From assembly GCF_030684315.1 (NCBI RefSeq), contig NC_081394.1:7112658-7176657 (forward strand): 64,000 nucleotides of DNA, in the 5' to 3' direction. Below are positions 25,366 to 38,937 of the stretch, piece by piece (positions within the stretch are counted from its first letter, which is position 1; every line of letters begins with the position of its first letter). Both the position numbers and the translations under genes were made by a program. The stretch is from Stegostoma tigrinum. Its lineage: Eukaryota. Under the pieces are notes generated by a model. It did not search any database and was not told the DNA's origin. It saw nothing but the letters and a program-made list of their open reading frames with translations.

Positions 25366-28300
25366 GTCCAAACTAAACAGAGCGTTCGGTGTGCAGGTGG
25401 CTAAAGGCAAGTTCAAGTCCCACCTGATCCACAGGTGTGTCATAACCTGTCTCGACAGGTAGTTAAAGTTACTTTAACAGGTAATCTGTGGAAATGCTAT
25501 AATTGAGCAGAGTTGAAGCACAAGTTGAACTTGAAACTTACCACTGTATTCATTCACTGGACATGGACATCACAAGCTGGGCCCAGCATTTATTACCCAT
25601 CTCTAGTTGCATTATTCCTTGTTCCATAGTTACATTGAGAAGGTAATGAAGAGCTGCATCCTTGAACCACTGCAGTCCACTTGCTGTAGATTGATCCAAA
25701 ATGCCATTCGGGAAAAAATTTCATCATTTTGGTCCAGCGACACTGAAGGAAAGGCGATATATTTTTGAATCAGGATGGTATTTTGAAACGCGAACTGCAT
25801 TTCTCTCTGCACAGATGCTGCCAGACCTGCTAAGTTTCTCCAGTGGTCTGTCGCAGGTGTTTGGAGATCGTCACGATCATTTTTGACTTCTTTCACTATT
25901 GACAATGAACATCAAAATCGAAAATATTCTGCCCAACATTAATTGATAAACAGAGATGGTGGGAACAGCAGATGCTGGAGATTAACTGATAAACACACTG
26001 CTTTAATGCCTCTACGTCACTGCTACAGAAGTTGTAAACCCCGTTCTCCCTGTTTGCTTTCATCGGATTGGATTTGAATTTGGATTTGGATTTGGACTCG
26101 GGTACAGGAATATAGTGAAAGATGTACAAAGTCACTGTCCTCCAATGACATCTTACTACACAAAGAACAGGATGAATAAACAGAGACAGAAATAAAAGTC
26201 ACATAAACTGGACTTTACAGAGTGGTATTGGAAATCACAGATTCCTCACATTGAACATTCACACAGCAGGGTCCTGTCATAATATGTGAAGGCTCCTAGA
26301 CTAATTTCTGGGATGGGTGAGGACGGGGGCCAGTGTTACATTGACACAATTGCTACATTGTCCTTCAGAGTGAGAGGATTGGAGGACAGGAGCAGGGATA
26401 TCTTGCTGCAATTGTACAGGGCCTTGGTGAGACCACATTTGGAGTACTGTGTGCAGCTTTGACTTCCTTATCTGAGGAAGAATGTTCTGGCAATGGAGGG
26501 AGCGCAACAAAGATTTATCAGAGTGATTCCTGGGGTGGCAGGGCTGACTTATTAGGAGTGATTAGATCAGCTAGGATTATATTGACTGGAGTGAGAAGAA
26601 TGTGATTTATAGGAGGTGGCTGAATGGGTTGGGACCTCTTTTCCCCTGGATCGTTAGATGTTGAGGGGTCAAATTGTAAAGGTTTATAAACTCATGAGGT
26701 GCATGGACAAGCTGAATAGCCAATGGCTTTTTCCGAGGACTGGGGGAGTTCAGAACTGGAGGACATAGCTTTAAGGTGAGAGGGGAAAGACTTAAAAGGG
26801 AGCTGAGGTGCAACCTTTTCACACACAAGGTCATGCGTGTATTGAATGAGCTCCAGAGGAAGTGGTGGAGGCTGGTACAGTTACAGCATTTAAAAAGCAT
26901 CTGGATGGGGACATGGATCGGAAGGGTTTAGATGGGTATGGGCCAAATGCTGGCAAGTGGGACTAGTCAGATTAGGATGAGTATTCAGCGTGGGTGGATT
27001 GGAGAGAAGGGTCTGTTTCCATGCTGTGTGGCCCCAATCGCATTGAAAATCCAAACAGGATGAGAACAAATAGATACAGGAAAGATGTTTTTGATACGCA
27101 AACAGAAATTGCTGAAAAATCTGAGCAGGTCTGGCAGCATTCGTTGAGAGAAATCACAGTCAACTTTTCAGGTCGAGTGATCCTTCCTCAGACCTGAGCA
27201 TTTTGGGTGCAGGTGAGGAGAAATGCCTTCACCCAGAGAGTGATGACCCTGTGCAATTCTCTGCCATAGAAAGCAGTTGAGATCAAAACATGGAACGTTT
27301 TCAAGAAGGGGCTGTATATAGTTCTTAGGGCAACATTGGATTAAAGGGAGGAAGTAGCAATAGGGAATTAATTTGGAAGATCAGATATGACCGCACTGCA
27401 TGGTGGGATAACCAAGTCCCGTTCTTATAGTCAATGATTTTTCTATGAGGCAGGGTTGAGCAGATTGGTTTTATACACTCTGGTGTTTAAAAGATGATGT
27501 TATGACCTTATATAAGATCCGAACCAAGTGTGACAGTGTAGATTCTGCGAGGATGCTTCCTTCGAGAAACTAGGGCAAGGGGGTGCAATTAAAAATGAGG
27601 GGACATCAATTGAAAACGTGGTCTTTCTCTGACATTCACTCACCTTTGCACTTCTGTTCCCCAAAGCGCTAGGCCATTGAACATATTCAAGGTTGAGTCA
27701 GGTTTATGATTTGGGTCAGCACGGTGGCTCAGTGGTTAGCACAGCTGCCTCATAGTGCAGGGAACTGGGTTTGATTCCAGCCTCAGGCAACTGTCTGTGT
27801 GGAGTCTTCCTGTAGCTTGTGTGGGTACCCCCTCCCCCCAGGTACTCCTGTTTCCTCCCACAGCCCGAAGATAGGCAGGCTGGGTGGATTGCTAAATTGT
27901 CCATAGTGCTCAGGGATAAATAGGCTGGCCATGATAAATCCAAGGTGGGCGTCTGCATGGGAGGGTCAGTGGGCTGGCCAACCTGATGGGCTAAATGGCC
28001 TCTTTCAACACTGTCAGGATTCTCTTGATTGTATGACAGAGTTCAGCCCATAATCAGGACTGACTGTGATTGGATCGAAGGGCAGAGCAGACCCGAGGCT
28101 GAATGGCCACCATCCTGTGGCTACATCTTGAATTTCCACATGGGGATTCCACCACGATTCTATAATGTGGAGGCGTGATCCAACCTTGTCCGTTTCCATC
28201 AGTGGAAAGGGATGTCCACTTGCGGTAATCGGACAATATCACCGACAACTGGGGACAGCCAATCATCATCTTGCTTTCGAAGAGCAGAACTTAACTCTGT

Positions 28301-31300
28301 TCTGTCTCTCCACACAATATATTGTGAGGGGTGCAGGCTCAGTACTCAACAAGTCGTCACACGCTGTGGGAATTGGCTGTTATTCTTCAATCGAACCATA
28401 GCTCCTTCAGCAATCTGAGAGTGCGGACAAAGCATTGTTTTAACTTTTCATCCTCTTCTCCATCTCTCTTTTTCTGTTTATCTGCTCTTCTATACATCTA
28501 CATCAATCTGTCTGCCTTTCTACCTTCCTCTGTCAGTCTTTCTGACTTTCCCTCTTGCCTTTCTTTCTCAGTTTACCTTTAGATGAGATTAGATTAGATT
28601 CTAGGCAGAGTGGAAACAGGCCCTTCAGCCCAACAATTCACTCACCGCCCCTTGGAGCATCCCACCCACACCCATTCCCTTATAACCCGCACACCCCTGA
28701 ACATTATGGGCAATTTATCATGGTCAATCCACCTAGCCTGCACATCTTTGGACTGTGGGAGGAAACCAGAGCACCCGAGGAAACCATCTCTTCCTCCATG
28801 TATGTGTCACTCGGGCGGTCCTCTCTCTGTCCCCCACACAGCCGGAAAAAGACCATTGAGTCTGTCCTGGTCTACATGTGTCCCACTTTCCAGCACAAGG
28901 CCATAGCCTTAAATGCTGTGCAACTTCAACTGTTCATCCAAGTGTTATTTTAAAGACTAACAAATTGTGGAGCTGGATGAACACAGCAGGCCAAGCAGCA
29001 TCTCAGGAGCACAAAAGCTGAAGTTTCGGGCCGAGACAATTCATCTGATGTCAGCTTTTGTGCTCCTGAGATTCTGCTTGGCCTGCTGTGTTCATCCAGC
29101 TCCACACTTTGTTATCTTGGATTCTCCAGCATCTGCAGTTCCTATTATCACTGATATTATTTTAAAGGTTGCCAGGTTTCCTGATTCAACTAACCTCCCT
29201 CGGAGGGTCTGTGTCTGTGTGTGTGTGTGCGCGCACGTGTGTCTCTGTGTGTCTGTGTTAAGATGTGCAATGAAAGAATGATTGAAAATCTTAGGTACAA
29301 TGTCATTGGAAATCCAAAACACCAATTTTGTTCAAAATGCTTAAATGTTTAAATTGCATTGATCATGGAAACATACAGTTTCTTTGGCTTCCCTTTTCCT
29401 CTCTCCCTGCCTTCCCGTCTATCTTTATCAGGCTGCCTGCTTTTCTGTATCTGTCAGGAGCCGAGTAGGCAGTGTTTAGACTCCTCAGCCTGGAACTTGT
29501 CAATGCGCTCAGTTTCTCCACTCCCCTCCCCTCCTTTTTCTTCCCCTTTCATCTTTTTTAAACATTTTAAAATGTTTTTTTTCCTGCTGGGAAAACTTAA
29601 CTTGGAGCAGTTAAGATCCAAAGTGAAGAGGGCTCGAAGCCTGGAGCAGTGCAGAGTTCTGGAGGCCTGGAGCAGTGCAGATTGGGCTAGAGGCCTGGAG
29701 CAGTGCAAAATCAGCTGGAGGCCTCGAGCAGTGCAGATTGGGCCAGAGGCCTGGAGCAGTGCAGAGTCAGCTGGAGGCCTGGAGCAGTGCAGAGTCAGCT
29801 GGAGGCCTGGAGCAGTGCAGATTGGGCCAGAGGCTTGGAGCAGTGCAGAGTCAGCTGGAGACCTGGAGCAGTGCAGGGTCAGGTGGGAGGCCTGGTGTGG
29901 TGCGCTGTGGGCTTGAGGCCTCGAGCAGTGCAGCGTGGGTGGCAGCCTGGACCGGTGCGGTGTGTGCTGGAGGACTGGAACGGCGCAGAGTGGACTGGGG
30001 ACTTTTAGGGCAGTGTGCGCTTGTGAGGCCTGTCAGACCCTGTTTGGAAATGCAGCACTGAGCTACTACAATGTAATGTTTATCTGTAATTTGTTCATCT
30101 GACTGTGATGTTCATCTTTGTTATAGATGATGCAAATATTTCAGCTGGGGGTCTTGTAATTTCCTCCCTGACTTCCAACAATGTTCTGGGATACGTTACA
30201 TCAGCTCCTGAAGATTTATCCACCTTTATATTCTCTGAGACTCCCCAAACTTCCTCTTCTGTAATGTGAACTGTTTTTAAAACATCAATGTTTATTTCTC
30301 TGCATTGCCCAGTATCCATTCCTTTCTCCACAGTAAAATCTGTTGCAAAACATTCAGCTAATATCTCTCCCATCTCCTGGGGATCATCACAAAGATGATC
30401 TGTTCAGTCTTTCAGAGGCTTTACCTTCTCTCGAGTTACTCTTTTGCTCCTAATGTATTTGTAGAATCTCTTTGAATTATCCTTAACCATATCTACATTT
30501 CTCTTTTATTCATTAATGGAATCAGGATGTCACTGGCTGGGGAGTATTTATTGCCCATCCCTAATTGCCCAGAGGATAGTCGAGCATCAACTACATTGCT
30601 ATGGGCCTGGAGTCACATGTAAAGCAGACCAGGTAAGGATAGCAGTTCCCTTGTCTAAAGGACATTAATGAACCAGATGAGTTTATTTTTCCTGACACTT
30701 GGCAGTGGATTCATGGTGATCATTAGATTCTTAATTCCAGACATTTTATTGAATTCAAATTCCACCATTTGCCACGGTGGGATTTCAACACGAGTCTAGA
30801 ATGTTATCTGGGTCTCTGCACTAACAGACTCGCGATAATACCACTAGGCCATCGCTAATGCTATCTCACATACCGTTTCTACTCTCCTGATTTCTCTCTT
30901 AGGAATGTCCTTTCACCCTTTACATTGATTGAGATATTCAATTGAACCAAGTTGTCTCTTTTATTCTTAATGAGAACATCAATATCCTTATTTATCCATT
31001 GTTTGGAGGGATATGTGCCAGGAGCTGGCAGATGGGACTAGTTTATTTGGGATTCTGTTCAGCATGGACTGGTTGGACCGAAGGGCCTGTTTCTGTGCTG
31101 TCTGTCTGAATGACTTTATGTCTTATCTTCCAACTTGCACTATGAATCACTGAAAGGTAATATTACTTATTTTCTTTTTATTCCTCTTTTTATATCTACG
31201 ATTTGTATCTCAGATGGTGCCCTGAGCGGTGACATTGTAAACTTTTCACAGTAGTCCTACTCCTGTACTTGAGTGCACATGATAATAAAGGATATTCTAA

Positions 31301-32976
31301 TCCCTATTTACCTCTCTTTTTCTATCTCTCTGACTTTCTATCTCTCCTTGTTAATCTCTCTGCCTTTCTCTCTTCCTTCATCAGTCTTTCTGCTGTTCTC
31401 TCTCTTCTTCATATCTCAGTTTATCAGTTTTTCTGCTTTTATTGTTCCTTCCATATATTTATCACCCAGCTGTCTCTCTCTGTCTCTAACTACCAGAAAA
31501 GACCATCGAGTCTGTCCTGACCAAAATACATGGTTACCTACATTGGTCCCACTTTTCAGCACAAGGCCAATAGCGTTGAATGTTGTGCCAATTGAAGTGG
31601 CTCATCTAAATGTTATTTTAAAGGTTGTGACATTTCCTGCCTCAACCCACCTCTCAGGCAGTGCACTCTGTACCATCCCGCCTCCTGACCTTTGGGTGAA
31701 AAATATTATCAAAGCTTTCTTCCCACTCCCTTTCAAACTTACACTTGAATTTAGGATTCCCACAATGAGATTTTACCATGTTAACTATCAATAAAAGATG
31801 AACATTCCAATAACACTTTCAGTTCAATAACGTTTCTGTCCCAAGTCGTGAAACTACTTGCTTTCAGCTCTGGATGAGATGCATTTCTGTTAATTAGGTG
31901 AATCCACTTTGATCTCATCTCCATTTAATTGCAGCATATTCACTGTGTTCCTCTTCCTGGGCTGGAAGACCAGGTTTGCAAACATTGAAGACACAGACAG
32001 AACCTCCTCACTGTCATCTGACCTGGCCTATGACAGAAAACCATGTGTTAGATATGGATCTGGTGGGACAGATAGGAACCTGGACCAGGAGTGTATCTTG
32101 CAAATGTTACAACCAACACAAGGAGCGACCAGAAATCTCCAAGACCAACTGCAGCTACTCACCGAAGCTCCCCTGGCAACACTTCCAAACCCATGGTGTC
32201 TACCGTCCAGAAGGACAAGGGCATGTGAAGCATGTGAACACCATCCCTTGCAAGCTCCCTGCTGAGCAACACACAATCCTGACTTGCAATTACATCACCA
32301 TTCCTTCCTTGTGTTTGGATCAAAAGTCTGGCTCTGCCTTCTTCATAGCATTGTCCGTCACTCCAAAGACTGTAATGGCTCAGGAAGAAAGCACCTCGCC
32401 ACATTATCCAGGGCAACTGGAATGGGCAATAATTGCCAGCTGGCCAAACTAAGTGATGCCCAAAGGCCTGAACAAATTGATAAAAAGTAAGGCACAGTAC
32501 AATGTGACATAACTATGCAGCTCAGCAAAGAGGCAAATGTTGGACGGTGGCACAAAAGACAATGTATTTCAATAGGTGAATGAAGGGGTCGTAGGAATTT
32601 GTACATGAATGAAGGAAGGGCAGGAGAGATGGCTGATACCGTTGGATGGTTCCATCCGCAGATGTCAACGTCCCTTTGCCAGCATCGCCTCATTGTTGGA
32701 AGTTTAAGATCAGCTCCAAGGAATAGCATGGGTGGTAAGAAGAACAGCTTTTGAGAGGTCCTACTAATATGTCTGGAGTAACACCCACTCAGCACAGTGC
32801 TGTGTGGTGCCTGCAGTTAGGAATAAATCACTGCTCTCCTCCGTGTCCCCATCTACAGCCCTAAGCTTCTGCAATTAGGTTGCAAGTCAGATTTAATGAT
32901 AGATGTGATGGTTTTTATCATCCTGATTCTGGGCTATATGGGCAGATCCAAAGAACAAACACTGCAATAAATGTCA

Positions 32977-35242
32977 GAGATAATGGGAACTGCAGATGCT
33001 GGAGAATCCAAGATAACAAAGTGTGGAGCTGGATGAACACAGCAGGCCCAGCAGCATCTCAGGAGCACAAAAGCTGACGTTTCGGGCCAAGACCCTTCAT
33101 CAGAGAGGGGGATGGGGAGAGGGTTCTGGAATAAATAGGGAGAGAGGGGGAGGCGGACCGAAGATGGAGAGTAAAGAAGATAGGTGGAGAGGAGAGTATA
33201 GGTGGGGATGTAGGGAGGGGATAGGTCAGTCCAGGGAAGACGGACAGGTCAAGGAGGTGGGATGAGGTTAGTAGGTAGGAAATGGAGGTGCGGCTTGAGA
33301 TGGGAGGAAGGGATGGGTGAGAGGAAGAACAGGTTAGGGAGGCAGAGACAGGTTGGACTGGTTTTGGGATGCAGTGGGTGGAGGGGATGAGCTGGGCTGG
33401 TTGTGTGATGCAGTGGGGGGGAGGGGACGAACTGGGTTGGTTTTGGGATGCAGTGGGGGAAGGGGAGATTTTGAAGCTGATGAAGTCCACATTGATACCA
33501 TTGGGATGCAGGGTTCCCAGGCGGAATATGAGTTGCTGTTCCTGCAACCTTCAGGTGGCATCATTGTTGTGCTGCAGAAGGCCCATGATGGACATGTCAT
33601 CAAGAGAATGGGAGGGGGAGTGGAAATGGTTCGCGACTGGGAGGTGCAGTTGTTTGTTGCAAACCGAGCGGAGGTGTTCTGCCAAGCGGTCCCCAAGCCT
33701 CCGCTTGGTTTCCCCAATGTAGAGGAAGCCGCACCGGGTACAGTGGATGCAGTATACCACATTGGCGGATGTGCAGGTGAACCTCTGCTTAATATGGAAA
33801 GTCATCTTGGGGCCTGGGATAGGGGCGAGGGAGGAGGTGTGGGGGCAAGTGTAGCACTTCCTGCGGTTACAGGGGAAGGTGCCGGGTGTGGTGGGGTTGG
33901 AGGGCAGAGTGGAGCGAACAAGGGAGTCACGGAGAGAGTGGTCTCTCCGGAAGGCAGACAAGGGTGGGGATGGAAAAATGTCTTGGGTGGTGGGGTCGGA
34001 TTGTAGATGGCGGAAGTGTTGGAGGATGATGCGTTGTATCCGGAGGTTGGTGGGGTGGTGTGTGAGAATGAGGGGGATCCTCTTTGGGCAGTTGTGGCGG
34101 GGGCGGAGTGTGAGGGATGTGTTGCAGGAAATGCGGGAGATGCGGTCAAGGGCGTTCTCGACCACTGTGGGGGGAAAGTTGCAGTCCTTGAAGAACTTGG
34201 ACATCTGGGATGTGCGGGAGTGGAATGCCTCACCCTGGGAGCAGATGCGGCGGAGGCGGTGGAATTGGGAGTAGGGGATGGAATTTTTGCAGGAGGGTGA
34301 GTGGGAGGGGGTGTATTCTAGGTAGCTGTGGAAGTCAATTGGCTTGAAATGGACATCAGTAACTGCCTGAGATGGAGACTGAGAGGTCCAGGAAGGTGAG
34401 GGATGTGTCTGCCTTCCGGAGAGACCACTCTTTCTGTGACTCCCTTGTTCGCTCCACACTGCCCTCCAACCCCACCACACCCGGCACCTTCCCCTGCAAC
34501 CGCAGGAAGTGCTACACTTGCCCCCACACCTCCTCCCTCACCCCCATCCCAGATCCCAAGATGACTTTCCATATCAAGCAGATGTTCACCTGCACATCTG
34601 CCAATGTGGTATACTGCATCCATTGTACCTGGTGTGGCTTCCTCTACATTGGGGAAACCAAGCGGAGGCTTGGGGGCCGCTTTGCAGAACACCTCCGCTC
34701 GGTTCGCAACAAACAACTGCACCTCCCAGTCGCGAACCATTTTAACTTACCCTCCCATTCTTTAGATGACATGTCCATCATGGGCCTCCTGCAGTGCCTC
34801 AATGATGCCATCCGAAGGTTGCAGGAACAGCAACTCATATTCCGCTTGGGAACGCTGCATCCCAATGGTATCAATGTGGACTTCACCAGCTTCAAAATCT
34901 CCCCTTCCCCCACTGCATCCCAAAACCAGCCCAGCCTGTCTCTGCCTCCCTAAACTGTTCTTCCTCTCACCCATCCCTTCCTCCCATCTCAAGCCGCACC
35001 TCCATTTCCCACCTACTAACCTCGTCCCACCTCCTTGACCTGTCCGTCTTCCCTGGACTGACCTATCCCCTCCCTACGTCCCCACCTATACTCTCCTCTC
35101 CACCTATCTTCTTTTCTCTCCATCTTCGGTCCGCCTCCCCCTCTCTCCCTATTTATTCCAGAACCCTCTCCCCATCCCCCTCTCTGATGAAGGGTCTCGG
35201 CCCGAAACATCAGCTTTTGTGCTCCTGAGATGCTGCTTGGCT
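32977..35242. mobile_element. Penelope-like retroelement: two 5'-truncated copies joined head-to-head, 17-bp TSD
   Basis: The minus copy (34404->32977) encodes the RT C-terminus (TDVHFKPIDFHSYL...KNSIPYSQFHRLRRICS) and a GIY-YIG endonuclease (VVYCIHCTRCGFLYIGETKRRL...EH). The plus copy (34405->35242) repeats the endonuclease and 3' end. CACTGCAATAAATGTCA at 32960-32976 and 35243-35259. Confidence 0.93.
35184..35208 (+). ncRNA. Hammerhead-ribozyme-like core in the Penelope terminal repeat (mirror copy at 33079-33103, minus strand)
   Basis: CTGATGA-A-GGGTC-TC-GGCCC-GAAAC gives both conserved catalytic boxes and a stem II. Penelope elements are known to carry minimal HHRs. Stems I and III could not be resolved by eye. 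Confidence 0.55.
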
Positions 35243-36257
35243 CACTGCAATAAATGTCAACTGCTATTGGAGGATGATCTATTTAGTGAGACCTGCCCTT
35301 TGAACTGCACAAACTCAATGGTCCTTCAGTGCAAACAGTTGTTGACTGTTGCAGGCCGTTTCATTCCAAGTTTCAGGACCGATGTGCTGAGAGACACGTC
35401 TTGAGAAGGATTATACAATTATACAATTATACAATGCAGAGTATTGACATTTTATAGGAATATTTTAGATTGGAACATGCACTATGCAGACAAGTTGTAT
35501 CTTATTCTCCTTTTCATAAATTTCAAGTCAAAAAATGATGCGACAAACTTTTACAAATTTCACCAACATTTTTGAACATGAAAAACATCCCTATCTGTTC
35601 TGCGACATGTTCTTTTAATTCCAAACAATGTAAGGACCTCCTAGTTTTGATATCGGAATGTGCACTGAAAATGGGAAAATGGACACCACCTTGGGAAAAA
35701 AAAATGAAGTGTGTAAGGAATCTGTTTCAACTTGTAAAATTCAAGTGAATCAAACTGATGTTCTTAAGACAATGTAACTTTTTTTTGGCACAGTGACTCC
35801 AGACAAATTGGTACCACGTGTTGAGGGTTCAGGAGAGCTGAGCACAGTAACTGCTTTCTGATTGTTCTGACTGCAGCTTGACTTAGCCCCTGTCAGTGAA
35901 ATGCCAAGAGAGATCCATGAGAGTCGGCCACAACAGCGTCTCTCTGTCTCTTTTTGCTGTAAAATTTCTCTCTCCAGCTCTCTGTCAAAGAACCAGGAAA
36001 AAGACAATAGCTTTCAGAGATGCTGACGGAAATAATTCAAAAACATCGTGCAAAAGGAAATACTCTGGGTCCAACTGATCTACCTGAAGTAAAGACTACC
36101 TAATGCTTTGCAAACAATGTTGAATCGTCACCAATAACAACCGAAAGAATCGTAAGAACAGGCCATTTTACTTCTGTGGTTCTGGAATTTGGGACAGAAT
36201 GGTGCTTCCTGTGCTGTGACGATATTCCCCCCCCCCACCAATTGTATTTTATGCAAG

Positions 36258-36503
36258 AGATAGTAGGAACTACAGATGCTGGAGAATCTGAGATAACAAG
36301 GTGTAGAGCTGATGAACACAGTAGGCCAACTGATGTTTTGGGCCTAGACCCTTTTTCAGAAAAGGCCCTTTTTCTGAAGAAGGCTCTAGGCCTGAAACGT
36401 TGGCCTTCCTGCTCCTCCGATGCTGCTTGGCCTCCTGTGTTCATCCAGCTCCACACTTTGTTATCTTGGATTCTACAGCATCTGCAGCTCCCATTATCTC
36501 TGA
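36258..36503. mobile_element. Short palindromic Penelope-derived element
   Basis: Two ~110-bp inverted arms meet at ...ttttcagaaaaggccctttttctgaaga... Confidence 0.85.
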
Positions 36504-36666
36504 TACAGAGTTATTTGTCCTGTTCATGGTGAAATTTAAGTGTACATTCTGTTGGGGTTTCTGAACTGTAGTAAGTCAGGTAAGTTGGTTTTTGTGGTAT
36601 ATACACTAAACACACATGTCCTTGTTTGTCTAATTGAGTCATGAAAAAAACGGAAAACATTTTTTT

Positions 36667-36966
36667 AGATTAGATTCCCTACAGTGTGGAAACAGGTCCT
36701 TCGGCCCAACAAGTCCACACCGACCCTTGAAGCATCCCACCTAGACTCATTCCCCCTATAACCCACACATCCCTGGACACTACGGGCAATTTAGCATGGC
36801 CAATCCACCTAGCCTGCACATCTTTGGACTGTGGGAGGAAACCGGAGCACCTGGAGGAAACCCACGCAGGCACGGGGAGAATGTGCAAACTCCACGCAGA
36901 CAGTCGCCCGAGGCTGGAATCGAACCCGGGTTCCCTGGTGCTGTGAGGCTGCAGTGCTAACCACTG
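36667..36966 (-). mobile_element. Near-complete HE1-like tRNA SINE
   Basis: Minus strand reads AGTGGTTAGCACTGCAGCCTCACAGC...GGTTCGATTCC (B-box)...acactgtagggaatctaatcta tail. Confidence 0.88.
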
Positions 36967-37803
36967 TATATGATATCCACAGGGATAAGAGAACCACATC
37001 ACAAGGCTAACTTGCTTGTCAGTGCCTTGAAGTACTGCAGGGCATTGCAGACTGGAGGCCAGGCAACTGAGCAACATTTACACTTTCTGTGATGTTAAAC
37101 TGGGACTATTGTAAAGCACATGTTGGAGAATGCTGTAATTTTCTTTTGAAATTAAAATAAAAGTTCAGCCTTGTTCTTATGTGCATGTGCATGATAAATC
37201 TATACTTGGGTCATTTTTATGTTTGCAACATAGAAAACGTCTGTGACTCATTTCCTAGAACAAGAGGTCAGTGAGTCACCTCCAATCTATGGATTGAGTT
37301 GGACAGTCCCTGATGCATAAACTCCATCAAACAGGGGCAACACCCATTGGCTTTTTCACTGACTTGGCCAGAACCAGAATCTAAAGTGATGTGATAGCTA
37401 CTTCTGAATCGGGTACCTTCCATGTTCTCACTTACCTCCGTGTCCAATGGGTGCTGAGTCAAATTGGCTGTGGGAATGGCAACTGGTCTCTTTTCTTCTT
37501 CCTGACAATGACAAAAATTGTTAAAGATTTCCAAATAGCATTTTTCTTAAAAATCAGTAGAAGTGATTCCTACAGGCACCTGGCATTCTGTGCGGATGGC
37601 CAGCCTGAACAAATTGCAGATTGTAACCAGGCTACAAGTCAGGAACAAATGTTTCTGGGTGAAGGAGGTTATCTTATGAGGAAAGACCTGGACAATTTTG
37701 CCTGAACCCATTGGAGTTTAGGAAAATAAGCAGTGATTTTATTGAAGCACGTAAGATCCTGAGGAGACTTGAGTGAGTGGACAATGAGAAGACATGGCAA
37801 AAG

Positions 37804-38024
37804 TGATTGGAACAAGGTAGGCCAGGTGGACCTCACAGAATATAAGTTCCTTGTTTAGAGCTGTTAACCTAGCCCAATCAGGGAGCCCTAGCTGACAGAA
37901 ACAGGAGCGTCAGAGGTTCTGCTCACTCCAGGGCCTGGCTCTGAGCTAGCTGGATCAGTGTCATGAGCTTTGTAAATAAAGAGTGAATTCGTGACGGGAT
38001 ACCAACATTTATGGAGTTATTTCA
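37804..38024 (+). mobile_element. Probable solo LTR inserted in a CR1 fragment
   Basis: TG...CA ends, an internal CCAATC and AATAAA at ~37975. The flanking LINE-like sequence continues on both sides. No TSD confirmed. Confidence 0.45.
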
Positions 38025-38203
38025 ATAACCCCTTGAGGAAGAATCTAGAACAGAAGATACTGTGGACCTGTATTAATATTAAAAGCCCTTCCATATGACA
38101 GACTTCTCCTTCAGTAAAGAATGAATACAATTCCCTTTTGAAAACAAAAAGAAAATCATCATTCACTTTCTGTTTCTATTTTTCTTCTGGGACTCCCAGT
38201 GAA

Positions 38204-38217
38204 CCTCTAGATGGCGC
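38204..38217 (+). promoter_or_regulatory. Candidate CTCF site
   Basis: CCTCTAGATGGCGC matches core CCASYAGRKGGCRS with one mismatch. Confidence 0.4.
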
Positions 38218-38923
38218 ACTGCAGGAATTCACCAAGCCACCTCAGACAGCACCATCCAAACCCATCTAGAAAGACTATGGCAGCAGAGACATGGGAACAT
38301 CACTGCCTGCATGTTCCCCTCTGAGCCGCTCACCATCCTGACTTGGAAATATATGACTTCAGTGTCGCTGAGTCAAAATTCTTGGAATTCCCTATCCAAA
38401 CTCCATTGGGAGTCTACCTAGAGCACATGGACTGCAGCCGCTCGAGGCAGCTCACCACCACTATCTTAAAGGGCAATAAAATGCTGGCCCAGCCAAATGC
38501 TGCAAATGCAAACTCTTTAAGAAAGGGCACTACAACAATGCAAATTGGTGTTTCACTATGAAGGTCAAAACCAAAAAGATTGAATCTACATTTAAATCTC
38601 AATCCTACTTCAGGATTCCTGGGCAATTAACGAATTCGGAAGCTGTTCTTGGGACAGAAGCTTTGAATGACAGAAGACAACACACAATGAGAATCTAAAT
38701 GTGATCTTTCTATTCTGCCTGTACAGACACTCAGCATTTTACCTCGCGTGCTTGTTGTGAGAGACAGCTTTTCTCTCACAAATTCCCACTGCTGGGCTGC
38801 ATTCTCTTGGCTTTCTGTGGGGAATAGATCTTTGTGAAGCCAACAAGACAACATCTGAAAGACAATTATTCTCACCTGTTACTGTGAGAGAAGTGATAGA
38901 TCAGCAATTGGCCAGTGATATGC

Positions 38924-38937
38924 CCACCAGGGGGCAT
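38924..38937 (+). promoter_or_regulatory. Candidate CTCF site
   Basis: CCACCAGGGGGCAT matches core CCASYAGRKGGCRS with one terminal mismatch. Confidence 0.45.

Larger units (their letters stand above)
17025..31491 (+). repeat. Tandem segmental duplication, unit B (~14.5 kb)
   Basis: See unit A. Homology ends at ctaactac (17004/31491). A (CT)n tract lies just before the A/B junction. Confidence 0.9.

Noticed and set aside
17025-31491. Unit B as an uncollapsed allelic haplotype (assembly artefact)
   Set aside because: 19 aa differences, kb-scale reciprocal indels and a gap-free unique junction favour a true paralog. Read depth would settle it.
33353-34300. Gly/Val-rich plus-strand ORFs (217 aa and others)
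   Set aside because: These are antisense shadows of the Penelope coding strand.
35750-35982. Possible terminal cytoplasmic exon of the Siglec-like gene (…KKSYIVLRTSV*) after a good acceptor
   Set aside because: The phase does not match the preceding phase-0 exon, and KSYIVL is not a canonical ITIM. It cannot be supported without transcripts.
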